The notes: generated by a model not told the origin, from the sequence alone. A DNA stretch of 64,000 nt from Candidatus Aminicenantes bacterium (GCA_026393855.1 JAPKZJ010000011.1:5761-69760); one strand, 5' to 3'. Positions 53,483 to 63,137 are shown, counted from the stretch's first letter. A program made the numbers and translations.

Positions 53483-54622
53483 TTAATCCCTCTGTTTTTC
53501 CCGCCACTCGGCGGCCAGGCCTTTGAAAACCGGGTCGGCGTGGGCGAAGAACTTTTTATAGCCGGCGCAGAAATGGCTTAGGCCTCGATCGCGCGGATCG
53601 CGGAGGCGGTCCTTGGGGCAGCCGCCCCGGCAGAGGCTCTTCCATGCGCAGGCCGCGCAGGGGGCGGGTAGGGCCGCCTTGGCCGCGCCGAAGCTCTTTT
53701 GGCGGGCCGAGTTCAGCATGTGGACGAGCTTGCCCTCGAGGACGCTGCCCAGCTTCCAGCGCTCTTCGACAAAGAAGTCGCAGGCATAGACTCCGCCGTC
53801 ATGCTCCACGACTAGGTAGGTCCCGCATTCGGGGAGGAGGACGCAGTCGGGGGGCTCGCGGTCGACATATAGAAAGAAGAGCGAATCGAACGTGCGGATG
53901 AACGTGGTCGGCTCCTCATTCCGGAAGTCGCCCCGCCAGAGATCGAAGATCCGGATGAGGAAGTCGCCGTAGGCCTCTCCCGAGACCGAAAAATCGGCCG
54001 CCCGCCCCGGGTCCGCCGGATCGGTCTCGATGCAGGGAATGAACTGCATGTGGACAAGGCCGAGGCCCTTGTGGAAGTCGTAGATTTCTTCGGGGAAACG
54101 GGCCGAGTGGGCGTTGACGACGCTCAAGGCGTTGGTCTGGACGCCCGAGTCCAATAGCATCTTGGTCCGGTCGACGACTTCGGCCCAGGTCGGTTGGCCG
54201 CCCACACGCCGGCGGGCCTGATCATGGATGTGCTCCGGCCCGTCCAGCGAAAGCCCGACCAGGAACTGATAGTCGCGCAGGAAATCAGCCCAGCGGCGGT
54301 CAAGCAGGAGGCCGTTGGTTTGGAGCCCGTTGCCGACGGATTGGCCCCGGCCGTGTTTCATCTGCAGGCGGAGTGCCCGCTCGAAGAACGGCAGGCCCAT
54401 CAGCGTGGGTTCTCCGCCCTGCCAACCGAAGGAAACCGACGGCACCGTCTGGGCGAGCATCTGGCGGATCGTCTCCTCCAACACCTCGTCACTCATGCGG
54501 TGGAGCGCCGCCGCGGGAAAAAGGGCGTCCTTCTCCCGGTAGAAGCAGTAGCCGCAGGCCATGTTGCAATCGGGGCCGGCCGGCTTGATGAGAAGGGAGG
54601 AAAGAGGCTTCCGTCTTTTCAT
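53483..54622 (-). CDS. Anaerobic sulfatase-maturating enzyme-like radical SAM/SPASM protein
   Basis: 379 aa. LLIKPAGPDCNMACGYCFY (CX3CX2C), FGWQGGEPTL, LQTNG and LSLDGP. C-terminal Cys-rich SPASM region (CGTYLVVEHDGGVYACDFF, CAACAWKSLCRGGC). Colinear with Clostridium anSME as recalled. Confidence 0.8.
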   Translation of the reverse strand: MKRRKPLSSLLIKPAGPDCNMACGYCFYREKDALFPAAALHRMSDEVLEETIRQMLAQTVPSVSFGWQGGEPTLMGLPFFERALRLQMKHGRGQSVGNGLQTNGLLLDRRWADFLRDYQFLVGLSLDGPEHIHDQARRRVGGQPTWAEVVDRTKMLLDSGVQTNALSVVNAHSARFPEEIYDFHKGLGLVHMQFIPCIETDPADPGRAADFSVSGEAYGDFLIRIFDLWRGDFRNEEPTTFIRTFDSLFFLYVDREPPDCVLLPECGTYLVVEHDGGVYACDFFVEERWKLGSVLEGKLVHMLNSARQKSFGAAKAALPAPCAACAWKSLCRGGCPKDRLRDPRDRGLSHFCAGYKKFFAHADPVFKGLAAEWREKQRD

Positions 54623-54667
54623 GGTCCTTTCTTTACTTTACCCGACCGGCGGGGCGTGCGTCGAGTC

Positions 54668-54696
54668 TTGTGTTTTCAGCCCCGGGGGAATATTCT
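54668..54696 (+). promoter_or_regulatory. Candidate promoter of the 54745 gene
   Basis: TTGTGT (54668-54673), 17-nt spacer, TATTCT (54691-54696). Confidence 0.3.
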
Positions 54697-54744
54697 AAAA
54701 CCACAATCGAAGCTACCATTCAGCCGCCAAGGGAGGCCAAGAAG

Positions 54745-55236
54745 ATGAAAAGCCGCTCAATAATCTCATCCGGACGATTTGGAAAAGTCGGGACGGGCTT
54801 TGTCGCCTTGTTCGGCTTTCTGGGCGCCATGCTGATCGGCTCGAGCCTTCTTGCCGCTGTTCCCCAAGACCAGCGGCATATCGGGGAAGAGATCCTGTTG
54901 GAAGCTCTCTTGGGGCCGCGGCAATTGATGGTCCGCGTCGCGACCGGGGGATGCACCGGCAAGGACTCGTTTAAAGTCGAGATGGTTAAGATGCCCAGCG
55001 CGTCGCCGCAGTCGGCGCCGCACTATGTCCTGACGCTGAACAGGATCAAGTCCGATGATTGCAAGGCGTTCTTCCCGAACGGGACTCCCGTCCTCTTTGA
55101 CTTGGAGAAGGAACTGGGGTTGACCGGCATCTTCACTTATTCGCTGGCCAACAAGATCTACTCACCGCCCGGAACCGGTGCCTCCGAGGAGTCCTTTTTC
55201 GGCATCATCAAGAAGTATTTCACGATCAAGAATTGA
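54745..55236 (+). CDS. Secreted hypothetical protein
   Basis: Starts MKSRSII after AAGGGAGG. Hydrophobic signal/anchor. Lower GC by eye. I recognise no family. Confidence 0.5.
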   Translation: MKSRSIISSGRFGKVGTGFVALFGFLGAMLIGSSLLAAVPQDQRHIGEEILLEALLGPRQLMVRVATGGCTGKDSFKVEMVKMPSASPQSAPHYVLTLNRIKSDDCKAFFPNGTPVLFDLEKELGLTGIFTYSLANKIYSPPGTGASEESFFGIIKKYFTIKN

Positions 55237-55346
55237 TCTCTATAAGCGGAAGAAAATCGATCGCTCTTTACCGCGTCCACGGATCAATCGAGACAGATCT
55301 CGTATGGGATCACGATCTCCAGTAATCCAAGGCTTCTTATCGAGTG

Positions 55347-55375
55347 TTGCCAGCTCATCTGATATCTGATATATT
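55347..55375 (+). promoter_or_regulatory. Promoter of the glycyl-radical enzyme operon
   Basis: TTGCCA (55347-55352), 17-nt spacer, TATATT (55370-55375). The direct repeat TACGAATCG occurs at 55375-55383 and again just before ATG 55428. Confidence 0.5.
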
Positions 55376-55427
55376 ACGAATCGGGGTGCCCTTTGACCCT
55401 GTAACTTATTCAATTCACTACGAATCG

Positions 55428-56372
55428 ATGCCAATAATGCGAACCATGGACCGGCCTGAATCGCCCAAGGGCCTGGTCTTTGACGTTAAGCGCTTTGCCC
55501 TGCATGACGGCCCCGGCATCCGGACGACCGTCTTCCTCAAAGGATGCCCGCTCCATTGTCTGTGGTGCCACAATCCCGAAAGCATCGCCCGCGGCCGCGA
55601 AATTCTTGCCCGCTCGACCCGCTGCACCCGCTGCCACGCCTGCATCGCCGCCTGTCCCCGTCGGGCGATCGCCAAGGGGACGAACGGCGGTGCGGCGGCC
55701 GTCGATCGATCCAAGTGCGACCTCTGCGGCAAGTGCGTCGAAGCCTGCGCCTACGAGGCGCTGGCGATCGTCGGCCGCGAGTCGTCCGTCGACGCTCTCG
55801 TGGCCGAGGTCGAACGCGATCGGTTGTTCTATGAACAGTCCGGCGGGGGAGCCACCGTATCCGGCGGTGAGCCGCTTCTTCAACCGGAATTCGCGGCCGC
55901 CCTCCTCGCAGCCCTGCGGGTGCGCGGCTTCCATACCGCTCTCGACACCTCGGGGCAGGCGCCCTGGCCCGTCCTCGATCGCGTGGGCGCCGAAGCGGAT
56001 CTCATCCTTTATGACCTCAAGCTTATGGACGACGCCCGTCACCGGGAGTTTACCGGCGCTTCCAACCGGTTGATCCTGGAAAATCTATGCAACCTGGCCG
56101 GGCTGGGCAAGCCCGTCCATGTCCGAATCCCCTTGGCCGCCGGGGCCAACGACGACGACGCCAACATCCGGGCCGCGATCGAATTTCTCCGGCCCCTCCC
56201 GGCCGTGCGCCGCATCGATCTTCTGGCCTACCACAAGGGCGGCCAGGAAAAATACCGCAGCTTGGGGCAGGAAAACTGCTTCCGCCTTTTCGCCCCGCCG
56301 TCCGACGAGCGGATGGGGGCCGTCCGGCGGGCCTTCGCCGACGCCGGTTTCACCGTCACCATCGGAGGCTGA
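55428..56372 (+). CDS. Glycyl-radical enzyme activating protein (PflA family, with two extra ferredoxin-type clusters)
   Basis: FALHDGPGIRTTVFLKGCPLHCLWCHNPE (CX3CX2C), CTRCHACIAACP and CDLCGKCVEACA. The start is ambiguous (ATG 55428, 55437 or 55446; no SD). Confidence 0.85.
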   Translation: MPIMRTMDRPESPKGLVFDVKRFALHDGPGIRTTVFLKGCPLHCLWCHNPESIARGREILARSTRCTRCHACIAACPRRAIAKGTNGGAAAVDRSKCDLCGKCVEACAYEALAIVGRESSVDALVAEVERDRLFYEQSGGGATVSGGEPLLQPEFAAALLAALRVRGFHTALDTSGQAPWPVLDRVGAEADLILYDLKLMDDARHREFTGASNRLILENLCNLAGLGKPVHVRIPLAAGANDDDANIRAAIEFLRPLPAVRRIDLLAYHKGGQEKYRSLGQENCFRLFAPPSDERMGAVRRAFADAGFTVTIGG

Positions 56373-56374
56373 TC

Positions 56375-58741
56375 ATGATGACCGCCCGCGTTAAAAAGCT
56401 CCGCGACCAGAGCCTGAGGGCCGTTCCGTCGATTTCCGGCGAGCGGGCCAAGCTGATCACGGAGTTCACCAAGAGCCCGGAGGCCGGCCGCGTCTCGCCG
56501 GCCGTCCAGCACGCCCTGGCCTTCAAACACATCCTGGCCCACAAGACGATCGTCTTCAACCCCGGCGAGCTCATCGTCGGTGAGCGGGGCCATGCCCCCA
56601 AGGCCACTCCGACCTATCCCGAAGTCACCTGCCACAGCGTCCAGGACCTCCGCATCCTCGACTCGCGGCCGATGACTTCGTTCAAATGCGACGCCCGGAC
56701 CATCGCCCTTTACGAGAAGGAGATCATTCCCTTCTGGCGCGGCCGCTCCATCCGGGACCGGATGATGGAGGAGCTGCCGGCCGAGTGGAAGGCGGCCTAC
56801 GGCGCCGGCGTGTTCACCGAGTTCATGGAGCAGCGGGCCCCCGGGCATACCGTCCTCGACGACAAGATCTACCGCAAGGGCATGCTCGACTTCATCGCCG
56901 ACATCGAGGCCGCGATCGGCCGGCTGGATTTCCTGAACGATCCCGAGGCCCTGGACAAACGCGGGGAGCTCAAAGCCATGCGGATCGCGGCCGAGGCCGT
57001 CATCCTGTTCGCCCGCCGCCACGCCGACAAAGCCCGCGATCTGGCGGCCAAGGAGAAGAGCCCCGAGCGCAAGAAGGAATTCCTCAAGATCGCCGAGGTC
57101 TGCGACTGGGTCCCCGCCCACGCCCCGCGAAATTTCCATGAGGCCCTGCAGGCGTACTGGTTCGTCCACCTCGGCGTCATCACCGAATACAACACCTGGG
57201 ATTCCTTCAACCCCGGCCGCCTCGACCAGCACCTCTGGCCCTTCTACAAGCAGGGGCTCGACGACGGCTCGTTGAGCCGCGAGTCGGCGGCCGAGCTGCT
57301 GCAGTGCTTCTGGGTCAAATTCAACAACCAGCCCGCCCCGCCCAAGGTCGGCGTCACGGCCGAGGAGAGCGGCACTTACACCGATTTCGCCCTGATCAAC
57401 GTCGGCGGCTTAAAGGCCGACGGGTCGGATGCGGTCAACGATCTGTCCTACCTTCTCCTCGACGTCATCGAAGAAATGCGCATCCTCCAGCCCAGCTCCA
57501 TGGTCCAAATCTCGGCCAAAGGCCCCGACAGCTTCCTCTGGCGGGCCCTCAAGATCGTCAAGACCGGCTTCGGCCAACCCTCGATCTTCAACACCGACGC
57601 CATCGTCAAGGAGCTGGTCCGTCAGGGCAAGTCCTTCCCCGACGCCCGTGACGGCGGGGCCAGCGGCTGTGTTGAGGCCGGGGCCTTCGGCAAGGAAAAC
57701 TACACGTTAACCGGGTACTTCAACATCCCCAAGGTCTTCGAGCTGACCCTTAACGATGGGTACGACCCGAGGACCAAGCAACAGCTCGGCCCCAAGACCG
57801 GCGACCCGGCCAAGTTCAAGACCTATGAGGAGCTGTTCGCCGCTTTCGAGATTCAGCTTCGCCATTTCATCGACGTCAAGATCGCGGGCAACGCAATCAT
57901 CGAACGGCTTTTTGCCATGGTCCTGCCCGCTCCGTTCCTGTCGATCCTGATTGACGACTGTGTCGCCAATGGCCGGGACTACCACGCCGGCGGAGCCCGC
58001 TACAACAGCAATTACATCCAGGGCGTCGGGCTGGGCTCGATCACCGACATCCTGGCCGCGGTCAAAACTCACGTTTTCGAGCGCAAGACGCTGTCCATGA
58101 AGAAGCTCGGCGAGGCGCTGGCGGCGAACTTCGCCGGCCGGGAGGACCTGCGGCAGACTCTGCTCCTCAAGTCGCCCAAGTTCGGCAACGACGACGACGC
58201 GGCGGACAACATCGCCAAGGCCGTCTTCGAAGCCTATTTCTCGGCCATCGACGGCCGGCCCACCGTGCGCGGCGGGAAATATCGGGTCAATCTTTTACCG
58301 ACGACCGTCCACGTCTATTTCGGCAAGGTCACCGGCGCCACTCCCGACGGCCGCAAGGCGGGCGAGACTTTGAGCGAAGGCATCTCGCCGGTCCAGGGCT
58401 CGGACCACAAGGGTCCCACCGCGGTCCTCAAGTCGGCGGCCAAGATCGACCATGTCCGCACCGGCGGCACGCTGCTCAATATGAAGTTCACGCCCCAGCT
58501 TTTAGCCGACGAGGAGGGCCTCCGAAACGTCGGTCACCTCGTCCGGACCTATTTCAAGATGGACGGGCACCACATCCAGTTCAACGTGGTCACCGCCGAG
58601 ACCCTGCGCGAGGCCCAGAAGCATCCCGAGAAGTTCCGCGACCTGATCGTCCGCGTCGCGGGCTACAGCGACTACTTCCTGGACTGCTCGGTCGACCTGC
58701 AGAACGAGATCATCCGCCGCACTGAGCACATGGGCTTCTAG
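56375..58741 (+). CDS. hypD: Glycyl radical enzyme, trans-4-hydroxy-L-proline dehydratase-like
   Basis: 788 aa from MMTARV (GGAGG RBS; 2 nt after the activase stop). Glycyl motif IVRVAGYSD (G763). GCVE with C432/E434. F150, H158, D276, S332, F338, Y448 and T643 sit at a constant -2 offset from the HypD active-site residues I recall (F152, H160, D278, S334, F340, Y450, T645). Confidence 0.7.
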   Translation: MMTARVKKLRDQSLRAVPSISGERAKLITEFTKSPEAGRVSPAVQHALAFKHILAHKTIVFNPGELIVGERGHAPKATPTYPEVTCHSVQDLRILDSRPMTSFKCDARTIALYEKEIIPFWRGRSIRDRMMEELPAEWKAAYGAGVFTEFMEQRAPGHTVLDDKIYRKGMLDFIADIEAAIGRLDFLNDPEALDKRGELKAMRIAAEAVILFARRHADKARDLAAKEKSPERKKEFLKIAEVCDWVPAHAPRNFHEALQAYWFVHLGVITEYNTWDSFNPGRLDQHLWPFYKQGLDDGSLSRESAAELLQCFWVKFNNQPAPPKVGVTAEESGTYTDFALINVGGLKADGSDAVNDLSYLLLDVIEEMRILQPSSMVQISAKGPDSFLWRALKIVKTGFGQPSIFNTDAIVKELVRQGKSFPDARDGGASGCVEAGAFGKENYTLTGYFNIPKVFELTLNDGYDPRTKQQLGPKTGDPAKFKTYEELFAAFEIQLRHFIDVKIAGNAIIERLFAMVLPAPFLSILIDDCVANGRDYHAGGARYNSNYIQGVGLGSITDILAAVKTHVFERKTLSMKKLGEALAANFAGREDLRQTLLLKSPKFGNDDDAADNIAKAVFEAYFSAIDGRPTVRGGKYRVNLLPTTVHVYFGKVTGATPDGRKAGETLSEGISPVQGSDHKGPTAVLKSAAKIDHVRTGGTLLNMKFTPQLLADEEGLRNVGHLVRTYFKMDGHHIQFNVVTAETLREAQKHPEKFRDLIVRVAGYSDYFLDCSVDLQNEIIRRTEHMGF

Positions 58742-58747
58742 AGCTAG

Positions 58748-61051
58748 CTATTTCACGAAAGCCGGGATCGCGAGATCGACTTCGCGCGGCGCGCCCTTGT
58801 CGAAGACGACCCGGACCCGCCGCCCGGCTCCGGTCGTGTCGACCAGCGTCCAGCCGCCTTTCTTTTCCGGCCGGACTTCAACCGCGTCGATCCCGAAGGC
58901 CATCTTCCGGGCCCGGTCCACATAGACCTGGCCGTAGTGATCGATGATCCGGTTGGCGGCTTCGGCGGCCGCGCCGTTCCCCCAGTCGTAAATGGTGAAG
59001 ACACCCATGCCTTCACCGGCCGGGCTGGTCTTGCCGCCGTGGCCGTAGTTCTCCATGGTGAAGCCGTAGTCGGCCGGTCCGAACCAGGGATAGACTTTCT
59101 CCCACATCGCCTTGACCTCGGGATTTTCCGGCGCGTACATCATGATGAATCCGGCCCGCAGGGCGGCGATGCCGCGCTCGAAGTAGGCCGGCTCCCCGAC
59201 CGCGCGGTAGTAGTCCAGGAACAGCTCCGCGAACAGCGTTTCGCGCGAGTCGTTCCATTCGCCGTCAGCGTTCATGACTCCGAAGCCGCCCAGGGCCGGG
59301 ACATGGATGAAGGGCGGCTGCCAGACCTGCTGGGCCATGGACAGCTCGTCCAGCGTCCTTCGCCCCCAGGCCAGATACTCGTCCCGGCCGGTCGCGCGAT
59401 AGGCGGCCAACAGGGCCTCGGCGGTCCAGTACATGGAAAGAGTGTTTTGTTTGTAGAGGGCGTTGCGCTCGATCTTGCGGCCAAGCTGGGTGTCCCGCCC
59501 CCAGGAGCAGCAGGACCAATAGGTCTCGAAGTCCTCCCAGCGTCCGGCCGGGACGATCTCGCGGATGACGGCGTCCAGGGCTTTGAGGCCGGCGGCCCGG
59601 TACTTTTTTTGGCCCGTGATCGCGGCCAGTTCGAGGAGGAAGGAGGCGCTCTGGCTTGTCTCCGGGGTCCGGTTCATGACCTGCCCGGCGGTCTTGGTCC
59701 GCGGATCGACCCAGCCGGGGAAGAACCCGTCCGCGTCTTGGAGCTTCAGCAGGGCCTGGGCATAGGTCTGGGCGTACTCTAACAGCCGCGGGTCAGGCTC
59801 GAGCTCCTTGTACCAGCGTAGCATCTGGGAGGCCGTCCAGCTGGCATCGAGGATGTGGATCCAGTCCGCCGTGATGCCGTGCTCGGCCGGCCGGCGGTCG
59901 GAATTGGTCCAATAGGCCTTATCCCAGCCCTGGGGGCGGAGGACTTTCTTTCCGCCCGCCTCGACTTCGATGTTGTCGGTGCGGATCACCGAAGGGAACA
60001 AGCCGTCCGTCTGGGGTGCGGCGAGCGCCAGCTCCTTAGCCAGGCGGGCTTTCCGCAGATACTCGCCGTTCCCGGTTCGGCGCCCGAATCGGTAGAGGCC
60101 CGAGGCGCTCCGAAGCGACGAGAACCAAGCCTGGTTCCAGATGGAGAGAAATTCGCGCTGGTACCAAGGCTCGGAGGAATTCGGCGACTGCGAGACGTTG
60201 ACGATGAACTGGGGCGCTCCGACCTTGCGGCCGCCAAGCTCGAATTCCTGCCATACGGCCGGGCCCCATGATCCGAAAGCCCAGGCGTAAGTCCGCTCCA
60301 CATAGCGATCCAGCGGAGCCCGGATCGGTTCCCCGGATTCGAGAAGAGGCCGGCCCCACCGCGTCCACAGGAAATCAGCCGCGCGACGCCAGGGATCGGC
60401 CGTCGGCGAGATCCCAAGCGAAGCCAGCACGAAAAAGGCGATCTCGACGGTGCCCGGACCGAATTTCTGGCCCGGCCTCTTTTTGTACAAGACATGAATC
60501 GGGATGTCGGTCAAGGTCATGCCCAGACGCGCTTCCCCCGCGGGTGCGTCGTAGTCCAGGAACCAGGGGTTCCCGTCCGTCCGTCCGACAAGATCGAGGT
60601 CGGGGACGATGGCCAACGATGTCCCGCCCAGGGCGGTGATCAGCGCCGGCGAACGGAAGACGTGTTGGGCGACGACAAAGCCCGGCTCCGGCGCCAGATG
60701 AGGCGCCCACCAGAAGTCCGGCTTGAGGCGCCAGCGGAAGGCTATCGAGAGCTCATCCTGGGGCGTCTCCAGAGCGACGGCCCAGCTCGCCGAGACGCGG
60801 ACGGTCTCGCCGTCGAGGTTCCCGACGACGATGCGGTCCGGCACCCGTCCGGCCAGCGTCGGGATGGAGAGGTCCGCCCAGGGCGTGCCGGCGATCGCTA
60901 TCCGGTAACCGGCGCCCTCGGCTTCGACCTTTAAAAGAGACGGCGCGCCGGCCGGCCCGGGCCGGGGAAGCATGGCCCCGGCCGCGGCGACGGCCGCGAT
61001 CAGGCAGGTGCATGGGATGATGGCCGGGCGAAGGCAGCGGCGGATAGTCAT
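58748..61051 (-). CDS. Large secreted protein, possible (alpha/alpha)-toroid glycoside hydrolase/lyase; function unknown
   Basis: 767 aa. N-terminal signal-like segment. The C-terminal half is rich in W/Y/G repeats (..DGFFPGWVDP.., ..GGFGVMNADGEWNDSRE..), reminiscent of six-hairpin enzymes. No confident family. Confidence 0.45.
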   Translation of the reverse strand: MTIRRCLRPAIIPCTCLIAAVAAAGAMLPRPGPAGAPSLLKVEAEGAGYRIAIAGTPWADLSIPTLAGRVPDRIVVGNLDGETVRVSASWAVALETPQDELSIAFRWRLKPDFWWAPHLAPEPGFVVAQHVFRSPALITALGGTSLAIVPDLDLVGRTDGNPWFLDYDAPAGEARLGMTLTDIPIHVLYKKRPGQKFGPGTVEIAFFVLASLGISPTADPWRRAADFLWTRWGRPLLESGEPIRAPLDRYVERTYAWAFGSWGPAVWQEFELGGRKVGAPQFIVNVSQSPNSSEPWYQREFLSIWNQAWFSSLRSASGLYRFGRRTGNGEYLRKARLAKELALAAPQTDGLFPSVIRTDNIEVEAGGKKVLRPQGWDKAYWTNSDRRPAEHGITADWIHILDASWTASQMLRWYKELEPDPRLLEYAQTYAQALLKLQDADGFFPGWVDPRTKTAGQVMNRTPETSQSASFLLELAAITGQKKYRAAGLKALDAVIREIVPAGRWEDFETYWSCCSWGRDTQLGRKIERNALYKQNTLSMYWTAEALLAAYRATGRDEYLAWGRRTLDELSMAQQVWQPPFIHVPALGGFGVMNADGEWNDSRETLFAELFLDYYRAVGEPAYFERGIAALRAGFIMMYAPENPEVKAMWEKVYPWFGPADYGFTMENYGHGGKTSPAGEGMGVFTIYDWGNGAAAEAANRIIDHYGQVYVDRARKMAFGIDAVEVRPEKKGGWTLVDTTGAGRRVRVVFDKGAPREVDLAIPAFVK

Positions 61052-61179
61052 GGCGCTCTCCTCGATGGCGGCATTTTATCATCTTCCTGCTCCGGATTCC
61101 TCCCGCTGGGCCGGTTGGAGCGGCTCGGCTGCCTTTGGTATCATAGAGGAGATTCATGTCATCGACGAGGAGACCCCCT

Positions 61180-61482
61180 ATGCCCGACCATCCGCTGGCT
61201 TCGCTGGAAAAGCTCGACCCCGAATTCATGAAGAAGATCGCGGAGATGAACGCCTTGGTCTATGCCGACGGCGCCCTGCCGCGGAAGTTCAAGCTCTTGA
61301 TGGCTCTGGCTTTCGATGCCGCCCACGGGGCGGTCAACGGCGTCCGGTCGCTGGGCGCCCAGGCCCTGGCCGCCGGCGCGACGCAGGCCGAGATCGCCGA
61401 AGCCCTGCGCGTCGCTTACCAGCTATCCGGCGTCGGGTCGCTCTATGTTGCGGCCCACGGCCTTAAGGATTGCCTCGGATGA
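61180..61482 (+). CDS. Carboxymuconolactone decarboxylase (AhpD-like) family protein
   Basis: Starts MPDHPL after GAGGAG. ..LPRKFKLLMALAFDAAHGAVNGV.. is typical of the CMD family. Confidence 0.65.
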   Translation: MPDHPLASLEKLDPEFMKKIAEMNALVYADGALPRKFKLLMALAFDAAHGAVNGVRSLGAQALAAGATQAEIAEALRVAYQLSGVGSLYVAAHGLKDCLG

Positions 61483-63077
61483 CGGTTGGAACCAGGCGTC
61501 TGGCCGCGGCCTCGCTCGCGGCCGGCTTGGCTTTGACCGGTGCCGCCGTCTTCAGCGGCTCGGCGCCCGCGGCCGATCGGGCGGCCCGGGTCAAGGCCGA
61601 AGCCCAGCCGCTGGCCGACCGGGGCAACGGGACCTACCTCAACCCAATCCTGCCCGGTGTCTATCCCGACCCGTCCGTCGTCCGGGTCGGATCGGATTAT
61701 TACCTGACCAATACCCCGGGGACGGCCGTGCCCGGCCTCCTGGTTTGGCACTCCCGCGACCTGGTCAATTGGCGGCCGTTGGGACCCGCCCTGACCAAAG
61801 CGGTCGGCGATGTCTGGGCGCCCGACATCGGATATTGGAAAGACGAGTTCTTCATCTATTTTCCCGCCCTGGTCACGGACCCCGACGGCAAAAAGCGCCG
61901 CACGAATTTCGTCATCACCGCCAAGGACGCAGCCGGCCCTTGGAGCGATCCGATCGACCTTCGCGTCGGTGGCATCGACCCTGGGCATGTCGCCGACGAA
62001 GCCGGCCGGCGTTATCTCTATCTCTCGGACGGGATGATGGTCCGCTTGTCTCCGGACGGCCGGCGGGTCGAAGGCGCCCCGGTCAAGCTCTATGACGGCT
62101 GGCCGATCCCGCGGGAATGGAACATCGAGTGCATGTGCCTGGAGAGCCCCAAGCTCTTCAAGCGGGGAAAATTCTTTTACCTCATCTCGGCCCAGGGTGG
62201 GACGGCCGGGCCATCGACCAGCCATATGATTGTCGTGGCCAGGGCGGAGACGCCGTCCGGCCCGTGGACGAATATGCCTGGAAACCCCCTTCTCCGGACG
62301 AAAAGCCGGGCCGAGCGCTGGTGGTCCCAAGGCCACGGCACCATCCTCGAGGCCGCCGACGGGAAGTGGTGGATGCTCTACCACGGCTACGAAAACGGCT
62401 TCCGCACGCTCGGTCGATCCACCCTCCTCCTCCCCGTGGAGTGGACGCCGGACGGCTGGCCTCGCGTCCCGACCGGGGTTGATCCCGGGGGGGCCATCCG
62501 GAAGCCGACCGGCGAGAACGTGGGCCACGGCTTCCCGCTGTCGGATCCGTTCACGGCGGCGGGCTTGGGCTTGCCCTGGCGGCGCTGGGACGCGAGCGAA
62601 AGCCCGGACGATTTCCAGGCGGGCGGCGGCGCCCTGCGGATGAAGGCTCGGGGGAAATCTCCGGCGGAAGCGGCCATTCTGACCGTTATGGCCTTGAATC
62701 ATTCGTACGAGACTCAGGTCGAAATGGAAGCGCCCTCCTCCACCGAGGCCGGGCTGCTCCTCTTTTATGACGGCCAGGCCTTCGGCGGGATCGGGATCAA
62801 GGACGGGACAGCGACTTCGTATCTTCGCGCCCGGCCTTGGGAAACGCTGCCCGCGCCGGTGGGCCGTGTCTATCTGAAAATCCGGAACACGGCCCACGAT
62901 GTCGAGCTCTTCATCGGCTCCGACGGCCGGACCTGGACCAAGCTCGAAGGCGGGCTGGAGATGTCCGGCTACCACCACGAGACGTTCCGGACCTGGGGGA
63001 CCCTCAAAATCGCCCTTTTCGCGGCGGGGGAGGGGACCGTCGTTTTCCGTGACTTTCGGTATCTTGGATTGAAGTAA
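61479..63077 (+). CDS. GH43-family glycoside hydrolase (beta-xylosidase / alpha-L-arabinofuranosidase type) with C-terminal beta-sandwich
   Basis: ATG 61479 overlaps the CMD stop (ATGA). Signal-like MTVGTRRLAAASLAAGLALTGAAVFS. NPILPGVYPDPSVVRVGSDYYL, VWAPDI and ESPKLFKRG blocks. Confidence 0.85.
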   Translation: MTVGTRRLAAASLAAGLALTGAAVFSGSAPAADRAARVKAEAQPLADRGNGTYLNPILPGVYPDPSVVRVGSDYYLTNTPGTAVPGLLVWHSRDLVNWRPLGPALTKAVGDVWAPDIGYWKDEFFIYFPALVTDPDGKKRRTNFVITAKDAAGPWSDPIDLRVGGIDPGHVADEAGRRYLYLSDGMMVRLSPDGRRVEGAPVKLYDGWPIPREWNIECMCLESPKLFKRGKFFYLISAQGGTAGPSTSHMIVVARAETPSGPWTNMPGNPLLRTKSRAERWWSQGHGTILEAADGKWWMLYHGYENGFRTLGRSTLLLPVEWTPDGWPRVPTGVDPGGAIRKPTGENVGHGFPLSDPFTAAGLGLPWRRWDASESPDDFQAGGGALRMKARGKSPAEAAILTVMALNHSYETQVEMEAPSSTEAGLLLFYDGQAFGGIGIKDGTATSYLRARPWETLPAPVGRVYLKIRNTAHDVELFIGSDGRTWTKLEGGLEMSGYHHETFRTWGTLKIALFAAGEGTVVFRDFRYLGLK

Positions 63078-63137
63078 GGGGAGGGAACGCATCCCGCCTG
63101 GATTGGGTTAGAATATGATCGAAGGGAGAACACGGCT

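Noticed and set aside
55240-55434. 64-aa minus-strand ORF between the 54745 gene and the GRE activase
   Set aside because: It starts with TTG only and has no SD. Its third-position GC is low, unlike the genome's genes. It overlaps the predicted GRE promoter and the activase 5' end. It is possibly real if the low-GC patch is foreign, but that is unsupported.
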